A stretch of 64,000 nucleotides of DNA from an uncultured Candidatus Binatia bacterium (GCA_965213675.1 OZ243916.1:2176001-2240000), one strand, 5' to 3'; counted from the first letter of the stretch, positions 26,791 to 37,662 are shown. The notes: generated by a model from the sequence alone, not told the origin. Translations and numbers: made by a program.

Positions 26791-28535
26791 AACTCCTCCA
26801 GTTCATCCGACATCTGCTGGCGCCGGTACATCTGCGCGTAAAGCCCGCCGGCGCGCACAAGCGATGCGTGGTCCCCGCGCTCGACGATGCGGCCCTCGTC
26901 CAGCACCAGGATCTCGTCGGCCTGCCTGATGACCGCCATGCGATGCGAGACGATGATGCACGTCTTGCCCTGGAGCACGCTCTCGAAGCCGTTGAGGATG
27001 CGCTGCTCGGTGTGCGCGTCCACACTGGACAGGCAGTCGTCCAGGATCAGGTAATCGGGATCGGCCAGGATGGCCCGGGCCAGGGTGGCCCGCTGCTTCT
27101 GGCCGCCGGAGAGGGCGATGCCCCGCTCCCCCACGCGGGTGTCCAGGCCATCGGGGAAGACCTCCACCTCGCTCTCCAGATCGGCGACATCCAGGACGCG
27201 CCGCACCTCCTGCTCGGTGGCCTCCGCATCGCCGAACTTGAGGTTGCTCTGGATGGAGGTGGAGAAGAGAAAAGGGTCCTGCGGGGCGTAGCCGATGGCG
27301 CCGCGCAACTCTTCCAAAGACAGCGCGCGGACATCCACGCCGCCCATGCGGATGGCGCCGGAAGTGACATCGTAGAGACGTGGAATCAGGTGCGTCAACG
27401 TGCTCTTGCCCGAGCCGGTGCGCCCGACAATGGCGACCTTGCGCCCCGGCGGCACCTCGAAGCTGATATCCTTGAGCACTGCTTCGTCATGGCCGGTTCC
27501 GTTGTAACCGAACGACACGCGGTCGAACTCGATGCCGCGCTCCTTGTCGCGCAACGGCGCCGGATGCTCGGGGTCGGCGATGGCCGGCTCCACCGCGAAG
27601 ATCTCCTCCAGCCGCTCCATGGCGGCGCGCCCGCGCTCCAGAAGCGAGATCATCCAGCCAAAGGCGGCCATGGGCCAGGCAAGCACGTTCAGATACAGGA
27701 TGAACGCCACCAAGTCGGCCACGCCGCTCTGCTCCCGCATGATGAGCCAGCCGCCGTACCACAGAACCACCATCACGGTGAAGCCGTGGAGCGCCACCAT
27801 CATGGGATTGATCATGCCGCGGCAACGGGCGAGGTCGAGGCTCCGTACCTGGTATTCGTCGTTCATCCCGGCGAAGACGGCAGTCTGGGGGCGCGCCTGC
27901 ACATACGCCTTGACCACGTGCATGCCGCTCAGGTTTTCCTGCACGTGAGCGCTCATGCGCGACATCTGCCGCTGCACCCGCAGGGACGCGCGCTGGATGC
28001 GCCCGCGGAACTGCCGGAACACCAGTGCCAGAAGCGTCAGGCAAGCGGCCACCGCCAGCGTCAGCCGCCAGTTCATGGCAAACATGAAGATCGCCGCGTA
28101 GACGAAATAGAGCGGCGTGTTCACGAGATTCAGGAACCCCGGACCCAGCAGCATGCGCACGGCGTTGATGTCGTTCACCGCCCGGGACATGAGGTCCCCG
28201 GTCTTCTGGGCCTGGTAGTATCCAAGGGGCAGCTTCTCCAGGTGGGCGAAAAGGTCGTTTCGCAGGTCGTATTCGACGTTCCGGCCCGCGTTGAAGATGA
28301 TGGAGCGGGAAATGCCCCGCAAGAGCCCACCCCCCGCCGCGGCCACGGCAATCAGCAGCACGTAGGTGCCCAACTCGGACTCGGGGTCGCCGCGCTCGAT
28401 GACGTCGATGGCCGCCCGCACCCACCACGGCACCAGCATGAGCAGGCTGGTGGTGCCGATCAGGCACAGCCCGCCCACCAGGTAACGGCGCCAATAGCGC
28501 CACAGATAGTCGATCAACCGTTCGATGCCGGCCAT
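26787..28535 (-). CDS. ABC exporter, fused TMD-NBD (MdlA/YheI-like)
   Basis: GRTGSGKS, LSGGQKQR, degenerate Walker B LDDCLS; heterodimer partner of the next gene. Confidence 0.93.
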   Translation of the reverse strand: MAGIERLIDYLWRYWRRYLVGGLCLIGTTSLLMLVPWWVRAAIDVIERGDPESELGTYVLLIAVAAAGGGLLRGISRSIIFNAGRNVEYDLRNDLFAHLEKLPLGYYQAQKTGDLMSRAVNDINAVRMLLGPGFLNLVNTPLYFVYAAIFMFAMNWRLTLAVAACLTLLALVFRQFRGRIQRASLRVQRQMSRMSAHVQENLSGMHVVKAYVQARPQTAVFAGMNDEYQVRSLDLARCRGMINPMMVALHGFTVMVVLWYGGWLIMREQSGVADLVAFILYLNVLAWPMAAFGWMISLLERGRAAMERLEEIFAVEPAIADPEHPAPLRDKERGIEFDRVSFGYNGTGHDEAVLKDISFEVPPGRKVAIVGRTGSGKSTLTHLIPRLYDVTSGAIRMGGVDVRALSLEELRGAIGYAPQDPFLFSTSIQSNLKFGDAEATEQEVRRVLDVADLESEVEVFPDGLDTRVGERGIALSGGQKQRATLARAILADPDYLILDDCLSSVDAHTEQRILNGFESVLQGKTCIIVSHRMAVIRQADEILVLDEGRIVERGDHASLVRAGGLYAQMYRRQQMSDELEEL

Positions 28536-28829
28536 GTGGGAAGAAGCGGACCCCCTGGAGATTCGGATAGCTGCACGTCTTGCGGGAGGAAGGCCGCCGC
28601 AAAGGCGTTCGATTCAACTTAGCCAACGCGGTGGCGGATTTCCAATCGTGTTGCCCGCCACCGGGAGGGGGCGACGAAGGCCATCACCTTGACAACGCTG
28701 CCCTGAGTTGCTATCCGAAGTTCGTTGCTTGTTCAGTTTCTCCTTTGAAATCGGAGCGTTCGCCGTTCTACCCCAAACGCCGCCAGCATTACTGCCGGCG
28801 GCGCGGGATCAAGAGCAGGACCACGCCAC

Positions 28830-29459
28830 ATGGCCGAGCTTGAAGCACCGCACCAGAGCCGCCTCTATTCGGATCTCGCCCCGCTCTACGACAAGACGTT
28901 CGCGAGGTTTTTCTACTCGCGCGAACGGACGGTCATACAGGATCTGGGCATTACCAAGGGGGCCGAGGTCCTGGAGGTGGGTGTTGGAACCGGCGCGTCG
29001 TTTCCCGCCTATCCGCGCAACTGTCGTGTGATCGGCATCGATCAGGCTCCGCTCATGCTCGCCCAGGCGCGTGAGAAGATCGCCAAGTACGGCTGGCGCC
29101 ATCTCGACGTCAAGGAGATGGACGCCCTGAACCTCGACTTCGCCGACAACGCCTTCGACTACGTGACCGCGTTCCACGTAGTCACCGTGGTCCCCGATCC
29201 CATTCGCATGATGGCCGAGATGCGCCGCGTCTGCCGGCCCGGCGGCACCATCGTCATCGTCAACCACTTCACCACCGAATCGCGCTTCTGGGGTTCCGTC
29301 ACCAAGTCCCTCGACCCCATCACCCGCCGCCTCGGCTGGAGCACCCGCCTCAAGCTCAAGCCCTTCCTGCATCAAACCGGCTTCACCGGCTGCAGGGCCT
29401 ACCGGTTCTCGCGCTTCTCGCTGTACACGGTGGTAGTGGGAACGAACGAAAAGGCATAG
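28830..29459 (+). CDS. PmtA-like SAM-dependent methyltransferase (phospholipid N-methyltransferase family)
   Basis: LAPLYD, VLEVGVGTG, VVTVVPDP, RVCRPGG..IVNHF. Confidence 0.75.
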   Translation: MAELEAPHQSRLYSDLAPLYDKTFARFFYSRERTVIQDLGITKGAEVLEVGVGTGASFPAYPRNCRVIGIDQAPLMLAQAREKIAKYGWRHLDVKEMDALNLDFADNAFDYVTAFHVVTVVPDPIRMMAEMRRVCRPGGTIVIVNHFTTESRFWGSVTKSLDPITRRLGWSTRLKLKPFLHQTGFTGCRAYRFSRFSLYTVVVGTNEKA

Positions 29460-29485
29460 ACCCGCCCCACGCCTGGCTCCTCCGG

Positions 29486-29674
29486 TCAGGCTGGACCCCG
29501 CCCGACATCCGCCAGCCCGATTGCGGTCACGCGCTCCCCGAGCGGGAACCGTTGCTCCCCCGGGTAAACCATGAACAAGTGGTCGAGCTTGAGATCGGCC
29601 AGCACCACGCCCCGGCTGCGTCCCAGCGCTTGCGTGACCTTGGGCTCAATGGCGTCTCGTTCGATGAAGGACAT
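29486..29674 (-). pseudogene. Collapsed AAA_14/DUF4143 ATPase gene (N- and C-termini fused)
   Basis: MSFIERDAIEPKVTQALGRSRGVVL stops just before Walker A and joins ADLKLDHLFMVYPGEQRFPLGERVTAIGLADV, which resembles the C-terminus of 8168-9391 (YVVHPGDIRLPLGSGVTALPFADL). Confidence 0.75.
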
Positions 29675-29731
29675 TTCCTTGAAAATTGCCGCCGCGGCAA
29701 TAGATTTTCAAGGTTTTCTCGGGGTGAGCAG

Positions 29732-29882
29732 CACTGCTGCCCCACAAAGACCAGGTACCGGGCAGGGGGAGTTGAGGGGAAGGTAGGGCAGGGGGAGGCG
29801 GGCGGAGGATGGAGAGGAGGGGGCGGCGGTCGAATAGGTTGAGATAGAGGAGGCGGAGGATTTGGAAGAAGGAGAGGGATAG
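29732..29882 (-). mobile_element. Probable right-end remnant of an IS4-family element
   Basis: Frame reads LSLSFFQILRLLYLNLFDRRPLLSILRPPPP..PQLPL, like IS4-family transposase C-termini, followed by the IR-like end TTTGTGGGGCAGCAGTG. Confidence 0.55.
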
Positions 29883-30028
29883 GTACCGGTCACGGCGTTG
29901 AGGGTGCGGTCATGGAGGGGACCGGGGTCTAATGGCAGGCGCCCTTCGATGCCTCCTCGGAAACGTTGCCGGATTCTGGATCAACCACCACCCCTCCCCC
30001 AATCGCCGAATCCGCTCGGCCCACGACG

Positions 30029-30694
30029 TTACGGGATGGACGGATTCACCAGCACACTCCCGTCATCGGCACATCCATCCTCTCCCGCCACCCTCACCTT
30101 CCGGCCTTCGACGACGAGGCGGCCTTCGCCGTAGAGCTGGATGGCGCGGGGGTAGATGCGGTGCTCCTGGGCGAGGATGCGCTGGGCGAGGGTTTCCTCG
30201 GTGTCGCCGGGGAGGACGGGGACGACGGCCTGGATGATGATGGGGCCTTCGTCGCAGCCTTCGCTGACGAAGTGGACGGTGCAGCCGGCGAAGCGGACGC
30301 CGTACTCGACGGCCTGGCGCTGGCCGTCGAGGCCGGCGAAGGCGGGCGACAAGGCGGGGTGGATGTTCATGATGCGGTTGGGGAAGCTTTGCACGAAGTA
30401 CGGCGACAGGAGACGCATGAAACCGGCGAGGACGACGAGTTCCACGCCCTGACGCCTCAGGTGCTCCACCACCACCTGGTCGTAGGCCTCCCGGGAGGCG
30501 TGGCCGCGGTGGTCGATGACCGTGGCGGGGATGCCGTGGTTCCGGGCACGGGTGAGCCCGTAGGCGTTCTCGCGATTGCTGACGACGGTGTGGATGCGGG
30601 CGTCGAGCCGGTTCTGCTCGATGGCGTCGATGATGGCCTGTAGATTGGTGCCGCCGCCGGACAGCAGCACACCGATGGGGACGTTGCGCTTCAT
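30029..30694 (-). CDS. purN: Phosphoribosylglycinamide formyltransferase
   Basis: SGGGTNLQA, LAGFMR, NIHP, GCTVHFV, DEGPII. Confidence 0.96.
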   Translation of the reverse strand: MKRNVPIGVLLSGGGTNLQAIIDAIEQNRLDARIHTVVSNRENAYGLTRARNHGIPATVIDHRGHASREAYDQVVVEHLRRQGVELVVLAGFMRLLSPYFVQSFPNRIMNIHPALSPAFAGLDGQRQAVEYGVRFAGCTVHFVSEGCDEGPIIIQAVVPVLPGDTEETLAQRILAQEHRIYPRAIQLYGEGRLVVEGRKVRVAGEDGCADDGSVLVNPSIP

Positions 30695-30890
30695 GGGAGG
30701 GCTTCCTGTTTGGTTAACCATCGCGGCGAGTGCTTCGACTCCCGCCAGGACCCTGCGGGCTTATCAAGACTCTGCCGGGAGGCAGGGGAATGGGTCCATT
30801 TCGCTGGGGTCCATTTAGCTGCCTCTCGCGACGATTGGATAAACCCGGCAGGCACCTGTGGCGACGACGACCGCGGCGGATTCGACCCGG

Positions 30891-31925
30891 CTACTTGATG
30901 AACGAGACGCCGCGGCGCCCTTTGCGGATCTCGCCGATGACGGCGCAGGGCTCACGGCGGCGGCGCAGCGCGCGCTCCACGCCGGCGGCGTCCTCGGCGC
31001 CCACCACCAGGGCCATGCCGATGCCGTTGTTGAAGGTGCGGTCCATCTCGGCTTGGTCCACATGGCCCAGCCTTGCGATGAGATCGAAGACCGGCGGAAC
31101 CGGCCAGCTTCCCCGTCGTATCCATGCGCGCAGCCCCGCGGGCAGGACGCGGGGCAGGTTCTCCACCAGACCACCGCCGGTGATGTGGGCGATGCCCTTG
31201 ATGCGATGCCGCGCCACGAGCGCGCGAATGAGCGACGCATAGATGCGGGTGGGGGTGAGCAACTCGTCCGCCAAGGTTTGTCCCAGGTCCGCCACCCTCG
31301 ACCGCAGCTTGAGCCCGGCGGTTTCCAGCAGGACCTTGCGCGCCAGCGAATAACCGTTGCTGTGAAGCCCGCTGGAAAGCAGGCCGATGACAACGTCGCC
31401 GGCGCGCGCGGCACGCGGGTCGGGTATGCGCTCCTTGTCCACCACGCCCACGCTGAACCCCGCGAGGTCGTACTCGCCGTCTCCGTAGAAGGACGGCATT
31501 TCCGCGGTCTCGCCGCCCAGGAGCGCGCAGCCGGCCTGCCGGCACCCTTCCGCCACCCCGCCAATCACCGCCCGGACGGTGGCGGGCTTGAGCTTGCCGG
31601 TGGCGAAGTAGTCGAGGAAGAACAGCGGTTCGGCCGCTTGGGTGATGATGTCGTTCACCCCCATGGCCACGAGATCGATGCCGACGGTGTCGTGGCGGTC
31701 GGCCATGAAGGCGATCTTGAGCTTGGTGCCCACCCCGTCGGTGGAAGAGACCAGGACCGGGCGCCGGGCGCGCACTCGCGACAGGTCGAAGAGCCCGCCG
31801 AACCCGCCGATGCCGCCCATGAGTCCGGGCCGCGCGGTCTTGCGGGCCACGGACGCGATGGCGCGCACCAGCCGATGGGCGCCCTCGACATCGACGCCGG
31901 CGTCCTTGTAGGTGAGTTTCGCCAT
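30891..31925 (-). CDS. purM: AIR synthetase
   Basis: YKDAGVD, TDGVGTK, GGETAEMP, HSNGYS, HITGGG. Confidence 0.97.
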   Translation of the reverse strand: MAKLTYKDAGVDVEGAHRLVRAIASVARKTARPGLMGGIGGFGGLFDLSRVRARRPVLVSSTDGVGTKLKIAFMADRHDTVGIDLVAMGVNDIITQAAEPLFFLDYFATGKLKPATVRAVIGGVAEGCRQAGCALLGGETAEMPSFYGDGEYDLAGFSVGVVDKERIPDPRAARAGDVVIGLLSSGLHSNGYSLARKVLLETAGLKLRSRVADLGQTLADELLTPTRIYASLIRALVARHRIKGIAHITGGGLVENLPRVLPAGLRAWIRRGSWPVPPVFDLIARLGHVDQAEMDRTFNNGIGMALVVGAEDAAGVERALRRRREPCAVIGEIRKGRRGVSFIK

Positions 31926-31936
31926 GGCGCGCCGCG

Positions 31937-32635
31937 CTACTGTTGCTGCCCTTGGTTCAGCATCTCCAGCGCCCGCCGCGCCGCTTCCTGCTCCGACTGC
32001 TTCTTGCTCCGGCCTTCCCCTTGGCCCACGAGGCGGCCGCCCACGCGGATCTCCGTCTCGAAGCACTTGTCATGGCTCGGGCCGGACTCGCGCACCAGCC
32101 GGTAGGTGGGGGGAACCCGATAGAGCCGCTGGCTGACTTCCTGGAGTCGGGTCTTGTAGTCGTCGAGTCCGAGATCCGTATAATCCAGGTCCATGGCGAA
32201 ATGCCGTTCCACCACCGGCTTCACCGCCTCGTAGCCAGCCTCCCGGTAGATGCCGCCCAGCAACGCCTCCAGCGAGGCGGACAGGATCGATTCCTTGCGC
32301 CGGCCGCCGGTGCGCTCTTCGCCCTTCCCCATCCGCAGCACGGCGCCAACGTCGATCACCCGCGCCTTCTCCGCCAGCACCTTCCGGTTCACCAGCGACG
32401 CGCGCATGCGCGAGAGATCGCCCTCGCTCCTTTCCGGGAAGCGGCGCATGAGCATGTCGCTGATGACCAGCCCCAGGACGGCGTCCCCCAGAAACTCCAG
32501 GGTCTCGTTGTGCGCCTCCATGCCGCCGCCACAGGAAACGTGGGTCAGGCAACGGTTCAGCAGCAGCGGGTCCTGGAAGTGGTAGCCAAGGGCGTCCTGG
32601 AAACGGTCCAAAGCGTTGCCGTCGTTGGTCAGCAT
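31937..32635 (-). CDS. rnc: Ribonuclease III
   Basis: NETLEFLGDAVL signature; C-terminal dsRBD DYKTRLQE...SKKQSEQ. Confidence 0.96.
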   Translation of the reverse strand: MLTNDGNALDRFQDALGYHFQDPLLLNRCLTHVSCGGGMEAHNETLEFLGDAVLGLVISDMLMRRFPERSEGDLSRMRASLVNRKVLAEKARVIDVGAVLRMGKGEERTGGRRKESILSASLEALLGGIYREAGYEAVKPVVERHFAMDLDYTDLGLDDYKTRLQEVSQRLYRVPPTYRLVRESGPSHDKCFETEIRVGGRLVGQGEGRSKKQSEQEAARRALEMLNQGQQQ

Positions 32636-33933
32636 CGCGCTTCCCCCTGGAGCCTCCCACGGGACCACTGCCGAAGCGTGACCGGGACCTCGCGGTGCAC
32701 CAGCTCGGGACCGCCGGCGAACCATACCGGCAGGTAGTTGCGGCTGTATCCCTTGAGCCAGCCGGGCTCCCCCGCCACCGGCTGTTCCGCCAGCACCGAC
32801 ACACGCTGCCCTACCTGGCCGCGGCAGAACTCCTGCTTCTTGCGCGCGCCCAGCTCGCGCGCCCGGCGCGAGCGTTCCTTCTTCTCCGCGGGCGGCACCT
32901 GGTCGGTCATCCCGGCCGCGGCGGTGCCCCGGCGGGAAGACCAGGGGAACACGTGGAAATAGGTCAGTGGCAGGCCGCCGAGGTAATCCAGCGACGCGGC
33001 GAAAGTTTCTTCGCTCTCACCGGGAAAGCCCACGATAACGTCCGTCCCAAGGGCGGCCAGGGGAAGCTTGCCGCGCGCCCGCGCCATCAACCGGGCGAAG
33101 AAGGCCGTGTCGTAATTGCGCCGCATGCGCTTGAGGATGCCATCCTCGCCTGCCTGCACGCACACGTGCAGGTGCGGGCAGACCACTTCCGAATCGGCCA
33201 TCACCGACAGGAGATCGTCCGTGACCTCCCGCGGGTCCAGGGAACTCAGGCGCAGCCTCGGGATCAAGCCGCTGCCGGCGATGCGCCGCACCAGTTCGCT
33301 CAGCGCAACCCGCGGGGTCAGGTCGTGGCCGTAGCCGCCGAGGTGGATGCCCGTGAGCACGATCTCCGCGAAACCGGCTTCCGCGAGGCCGCGCACCTGT
33401 TCCAACACGCGCTCCGGCGGAACGCTGCGGCTGCGGCCGCGGGCGGTGGGGATGATGCAATAGCTGCACGCAAAGTTGCATCCTTCCTGCACTTTGAGAA
33501 ACGCCCGCGTGCGGCCCAGGAAACGCCGCGCGCCCAGGACCCCGACGGCGCGTTCGTCCCGGGAATTTCCGACGGAAACGGCGGGGGCGGCCTCCGACCC
33601 ACCGCCGGCGACGCAACGCACCAGCTCGTCCATGCGGTTGAGGCCCACGACATGGTCCACGCCCGGAACCCGGGACACCTCGTCCGGGCTCACCTGCGCG
33701 TAGCAACCCGTGACCACCACCCGCGCCGCCGGGTTGGAGCGCCTCGCCTTGCGCACAAGCTGGCGCGCCTCCCAGTCGGCCCGGTCCGTGACCGTGCAGG
33801 TGTTCACCACATACACGTCCGCCGGCTCGTCGAACCGCACGAACGCGCACGACTCCCGCGCCAGACGCTCCTGCATCACCGCGGTGTCGTACTGGTTGAT
33901 CTTGCAACCCAGTGTCTTGATGGCTACGCGCAT
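32629..33933 (-). CDS. mtaB: tRNA t6A37 methylthiotransferase
   Basis: TLGCKINQYD, NTCTVT, GCYAQ, CNFACSYC, GRSRS. Confidence 0.93.
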   Translation of the reverse strand: MRVAIKTLGCKINQYDTAVMQERLARESCAFVRFDEPADVYVVNTCTVTDRADWEARQLVRKARRSNPAARVVVTGCYAQVSPDEVSRVPGVDHVVGLNRMDELVRCVAGGGSEAAPAVSVGNSRDERAVGVLGARRFLGRTRAFLKVQEGCNFACSYCIIPTARGRSRSVPPERVLEQVRGLAEAGFAEIVLTGIHLGGYGHDLTPRVALSELVRRIAGSGLIPRLRLSSLDPREVTDDLLSVMADSEVVCPHLHVCVQAGEDGILKRMRRNYDTAFFARLMARARGKLPLAALGTDVIVGFPGESEETFAASLDYLGGLPLTYFHVFPWSSRRGTAAAGMTDQVPPAEKKERSRRARELGARKKQEFCRGQVGQRVSVLAEQPVAGEPGWLKGYSRNYLPVWFAGGPELVHREVPVTLRQWSRGRLQGEARC

Positions 33934-35048
33934 CGGTCCCCCACGGGAGCCCCGCGATCCGCTCCCGGCGCCACGACCCCGGAGCATCTTTCCGCCCTGT
34001 CGATCCAGCCGCCGCCCAGTACCCGCTCGCCGCGGTAGAACACCGCGGCCTGGCCGGGGCTGACGGAAGGAAGCGGGTCAGTGGGCCGTACCTCCACCTT
34101 GTGATCGCCCAACGCCCGCAGCGTACAAGGCGCCGGCCGCGAACGGTAGCGTATCTGCACTTCCGCGGCCGCCTCTCCTTCCGGGGGCGGCGTGATCCAA
34201 TTGACGCCGCTCGCGGTAAAGGCCTCCGTGCGCGACTCTTCGCCCGGGCCCACCACCACCCTCCGCGTGTCCGCGTCGATGCGCAACACGTACAATGGCC
34301 GCGGGGCCGCGATGCCGAGACCCCTTCTCTGCCCCACGGTGAAGCGATGGATGCCGTCGTGACGGCCGAGCACGCGGCCGCGGCTGTCCACGATCTCACC
34401 CGCGCCAAGCTGCCCGGGCTCGGCCAGGGACGCCACCACCGCCCGGTGGTCGCCGAGGCAGATGTCCTGGCTCTCGGGCCGCTCGGCCACCGGCAAGCCC
34501 AGTTCACGCGCCTTGGCGCGCACGGCGTCCTTGTGAAGCCCGCCCAACGGAAACGCGATGCGCTCGAGCTGGCGCGGCGACAGCGCGAAGAGAAAGTACG
34601 ACTGGTCCTTGTTCCGATCCGCGCCGCGCAGCAACCCCGCCCGGTCGCGGCCGTGGGCGACGCGAGCGTAGTGGCCCGTGGCCACGCGCTGGATGCCGCG
34701 GGGCTCCGCCCACGCCAGCAGCCTGTCGATCTTGAACTCGCGATTGCACGCGACGCAGGGATTGGGCGTGGCGCCCTCCAGGTAGCTGCGGGCGAAGGGC
34801 TTCACCACCGCCTCGCGAAAGTCCCCGCGCTGGTCCAGCACCGTATGGGGAATCTCCAGCAGCGCGGCCACCTCTTCCGCGCCCCGATGATCCGAGCAGT
34901 TGCGCGGCCCCAGGTCCGGGCCCTCCCACAGGCGCAACGACACCCCCACCACGTCGTATCCCTGCTCCAGCAGGAGCGCGGCCGCCACCGAGCTGTCCAC
35001 CCCTCCGCTCATGGCCACCGCCACCCTCTTGTCCGCCGCTGCCGTCAC
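33924..35048 (-). CDS. mnmA: tRNA 2-thiouridine synthase
   Basis: MSGGVDSS, TPNPCVACN, TGHYA, KDQSYFL, ESQDIC, PGQAAV; GTG start likely at 35048. Confidence 0.96.
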   Translation of the reverse strand: MTAAADKRVAVAMSGGVDSSVAAALLLEQGYDVVGVSLRLWEGPDLGPRNCSDHRGAEEVAALLEIPHTVLDQRGDFREAVVKPFARSYLEGATPNPCVACNREFKIDRLLAWAEPRGIQRVATGHYARVAHGRDRAGLLRGADRNKDQSYFLFALSPRQLERIAFPLGGLHKDAVRAKARELGLPVAERPESQDICLGDHRAVVASLAEPGQLGAGEIVDSRGRVLGRHDGIHRFTVGQRRGLGIAAPRPLYVLRIDADTRRVVVGPGEESRTEAFTASGVNWITPPPEGEAAAEVQIRYRSRPAPCTLRALGDHKVEVRPTDPLPSVSPGQAAVFYRGERVLGGGWIDRAERCSGVVAPGADRGAPVGDRCA

Positions 35049-35100
35049 CTTGCTCTCATAGGGTTGCTGAACCTGGTTGCTGAACCCCCCGTCCCCACCC

Positions 35101-35207
35101 CTGGATTCCCGCATTCGCGGGAATGACGTGTTCGTCACGTCCCCGCCTGGAGGTTCTGACACCACCAGGAAACGGGGATGACCGGGGGGGATGACGAGGG
35201 GATGACG
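35101..35207. repeat. Half copy of the GTCATTCCCGCG REP-like element plus short GGATGAC repeats
   Basis: CTGGATTCCCGCATTCGCGGGAATGACG at 35101-35128 differs by one base from the arm at 24564-24591; GGGGATGAC x3 at about 35174-35207. Confidence 0.8.
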
Positions 35208-35216
35208 ATTCGCGCT

Positions 35217-35930
35217 TCAGTTCTTGTACCGGCGCACCTCTTTGTCTTCTTCCTGCTGCCGCGCCTCGATCCCGCCCTGCCTGACATCCAGCTCGTTCAC
35301 CCGCTCCTCCAGCTTGCGGATGTAGGTGGCCAAGTGGCTCAGGGACCTGGCCATGGGGTCGGGCAGGCGGTCGTGGTCCAGGGCGATCTGGTGCTCCACC
35401 GGATCCCGATGCACGCCGTCGCCCTCCACCACCTTGCCGGGAATGCCCACCACCGTGGAGTTGGGCGGCACGTCCTTCACCACCACCGAGCCCGAACCGA
35501 TCTTGCTGTTGCGGCCCACCACCACCGGACCCAGCACGGTGGCGCCGGCGCCGACGATGACGCAGTCCTGCACCGTGGGGTGTCGCTTCTCCTTGCGCAG
35601 ACTGATGCCGCCCAGGGTCACGCCCTGGTACAGCGTCACGTCGTCGCCGATTTCCGTGGTCTCGCCGACGACCACTCCCATGCCGTGGTCGATGAAGAAT
35701 CTTCTTCCGACGGTCGCGCCGGGATGTATCTCGATGCCGGTGAGAAAGCGCCCCAGATGGCTCACGAAACGCGCCAGATTCTTCCAGCCGACGTGCCACA
35801 GGCGGTGGGCTACGCGGTGGAACAGAAGCGCGTGCACGCCCGGATAGCTGAGGAGGACCTCGCCAAGGTTCCGCGCGGCGGGGTCGCGCTCGAAGGCGAC
35901 CCGCACGTCCTCTTTCAGAAGACTCCACAT
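35217..35930 (-). CDS. cysE: Serine O-acetyltransferase
   Basis: [29 protein letters not shown]. Confidence 0.96.
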   Translation of the reverse strand: MWSLLKEDVRVAFERDPAARNLGEVLLSYPGVHALLFHRVAHRLWHVGWKNLARFVSHLGRFLTGIEIHPGATVGRRFFIDHGMGVVVGETTEIGDDVTLYQGVTLGGISLRKEKRHPTVQDCVIVGAGATVLGPVVVGRNSKIGSGSVVVKDVPPNSTVVGIPGKVVEGDGVHRDPVEHQIALDHDRLPDPMARSLSHLATYIRKLEERVNELDVRQGGIEARQQEEDKEVRRYKN

Positions 35931-36030
35931 CGGCGGCTCCCGTGCAGGATCCGGCTGCCGGTCCGGCCCTGCTGCATCCGTTGGCATGCGCGGTCGGGCA
36001 CGCCGGCGTGACGGACGCGGACGTTTCCCC

Positions 36031-37662
36031 TCAGGACGCGGGCGGCGCCGCCGAACGGGCCTTCCCGGCGCCGCCCTTGCGCGCGCGGCCCTTCTTCTTC
36101 CGGTCCTTGTAGAGTTTGTAGTCGATGCTGTCGACCAGCGCCTGCCAGCTCGCCTCGATGACGTTGTGGGACACGCCCACCGTGCCCCATTGACCGTGGC
36201 CGTCGCCCGACTCGATGAGCACCCGCACCGCGGCGCGGGTACCCTCCCCCGACGACAGCACCCGGACCTTGTAGTCCAGCAACTCCACTTCTTCCAGGGA
36301 CGGATAGAACCCCGTGAGAGCCTTCCGCATGGCCTGGTCCAGCGCGTGCACCGGCCCGCTGCCCAGAGCGGCGGCGTGCTCCATCACGCCGTTGACCTCC
36401 ACCTTGACCGTGGCCTCCGACAGGGGCGCCTCTGTCTCCACCCGCTTTTCGTCGATAACGCGGAACCCGTCGAGGCGGAAGTTGCGCTTCTTCTTGCCCA
36501 ACGCCTCCTGGATCAGGAGCTCGAAGGAAGCCTCCGCGGCCTCAAACTCGTAACCCTGGCTCTCCAGTTCCTTGATGCGATTGAGGATCTGGTGCACCGC
36601 TTGATCCTGACCGTTGAGGTCGATGTCGTATTCCCGCGCCTTGTAGACGATATTGCTCCGTCCCGACAGGTCCGACACCAGCACGCGCTGGCGGCTCCCC
36701 ACCCGCTCCGGCTCGATGTGCTCATAGGTCTCGCGGTTCTTGATGATCCCCGAGACGTGAAGTCCGCCCTTGTGGGCGAACGCACTGTCGCCCACGTAGG
36801 GTTGGCGCTTGTTGGGCACCACGTTGGCCAGTTCGTACAGCAGGTGCGAGATCTCCCGCAGCCGGCGCAACTGCGACGGCCGGACGATCTTGTGGCCCTG
36901 CTTCAACTGGAGGTTGGGCAGCACCGAGCACAGGTTCAGGTTGCCGCAGCGCTCGCCGAAACCGTTGATGGTGCCCTGGATCTGGCGCACGCCCTTCTCC
37001 ACCGCCGTCATGGTGTTGGCCACCGCCAACTCGCCGTCGTTGTGGCAATGAACCCCCAGCGGCGTTTTCACCTCATCCTTGACCCGCGTCACCGCCGCGC
37101 CGATGTCGGCCGGCAGGCCGCCGCCGTTGGTATCGCACAGGACGATCCAGTCAGCGCCGCCATCCTCCGCCGCCTTGAGACACTCCAGCGCGAACTTGGG
37201 ATTGTGGCGGTAGCCGTCGAAGAAATGCTCCGCATCGAACATCACTTCGTCGACGCGCTTTTTCATGTAGGCGATGGAATCGGCGATCACTTCCAGGTTG
37301 GCCGTCTGGCTGATGCGCAGGTCGTCGCGCACGTGCAGGTCCCAGGTCTTTCCCACCAGGGTCACCACCGGGGTCTGGGCCGCCAGCAGGAGTTTCAGGC
37401 TGGCGTCCTGGGAAGGCTTCACCGACGGCCGCCGCGTGGTGCCGAAGGACGCCACACGGGTCTTGCGGAGGTTGAGCTTGCCGACCTCCTTGAAGAACTC
37501 GGCGTCGCGGGGGTTGGAGCCGGGATAACCGCCCTCGATGTAATGGATGCCCAGCTCCACCAAGCTTTCGGCGATGCGCAGCTTGTCCTTCAGGCTGAAG
37601 GAGACGTCCTCGCTCTGGCACCCATCCCGCAGGGTGGTATCGTACAGCAACAATTGACTCAT
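36031..37662 (-). CDS. cimA: Citramalate synthase (Geobacter-type)
   Basis: [48 protein letters not shown]. Confidence 0.92.
   Translation of the reverse strand: MSQLLLYDTTLRDGCQSEDVSFSLKDKLRIAESLVELGIHYIEGGYPGSNPRDAEFFKEVGKLNLRKTRVASFGTTRRPSVKPSQDASLKLLLAAQTPVVTLVGKTWDLHVRDDLRISQTANLEVIADSIAYMKKRVDEVMFDAEHFFDGYRHNPKFALECLKAAEDGGADWIVLCDTNGGGLPADIGAAVTRVKDEVKTPLGVHCHNDGELAVANTMTAVEKGVRQIQGTINGFGERCGNLNLCSVLPNLQLKQGHKIVRPSQLRRLREISHLLYELANVVPNKRQPYVGDSAFAHKGGLHVSGIIKNRETYEHIEPERVGSRQRVLVSDLSGRSNIVYKAREYDIDLNGQDQAVHQILNRIKELESQGYEFEAAEASFELLIQEALGKKKRNFRLDGFRVIDEKRVETEAPLSEATVKVEVNGVMEHAAALGSGPVHALDQAMRKALTGFYPSLEEVELLDYKVRVLSSGEGTRAAVRVLIESGDGHGQWGTVGVSHNVIEASWQALVDSIDYKLYKDRKKKGRARKGGAGKARSAAPPAS

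Noticed and set aside
28689-28717. TTGACA-N17-TATCCG promoter upstream of the pmtA-like gene
   Set aside because: The -10 match is weak; not enough support to list.
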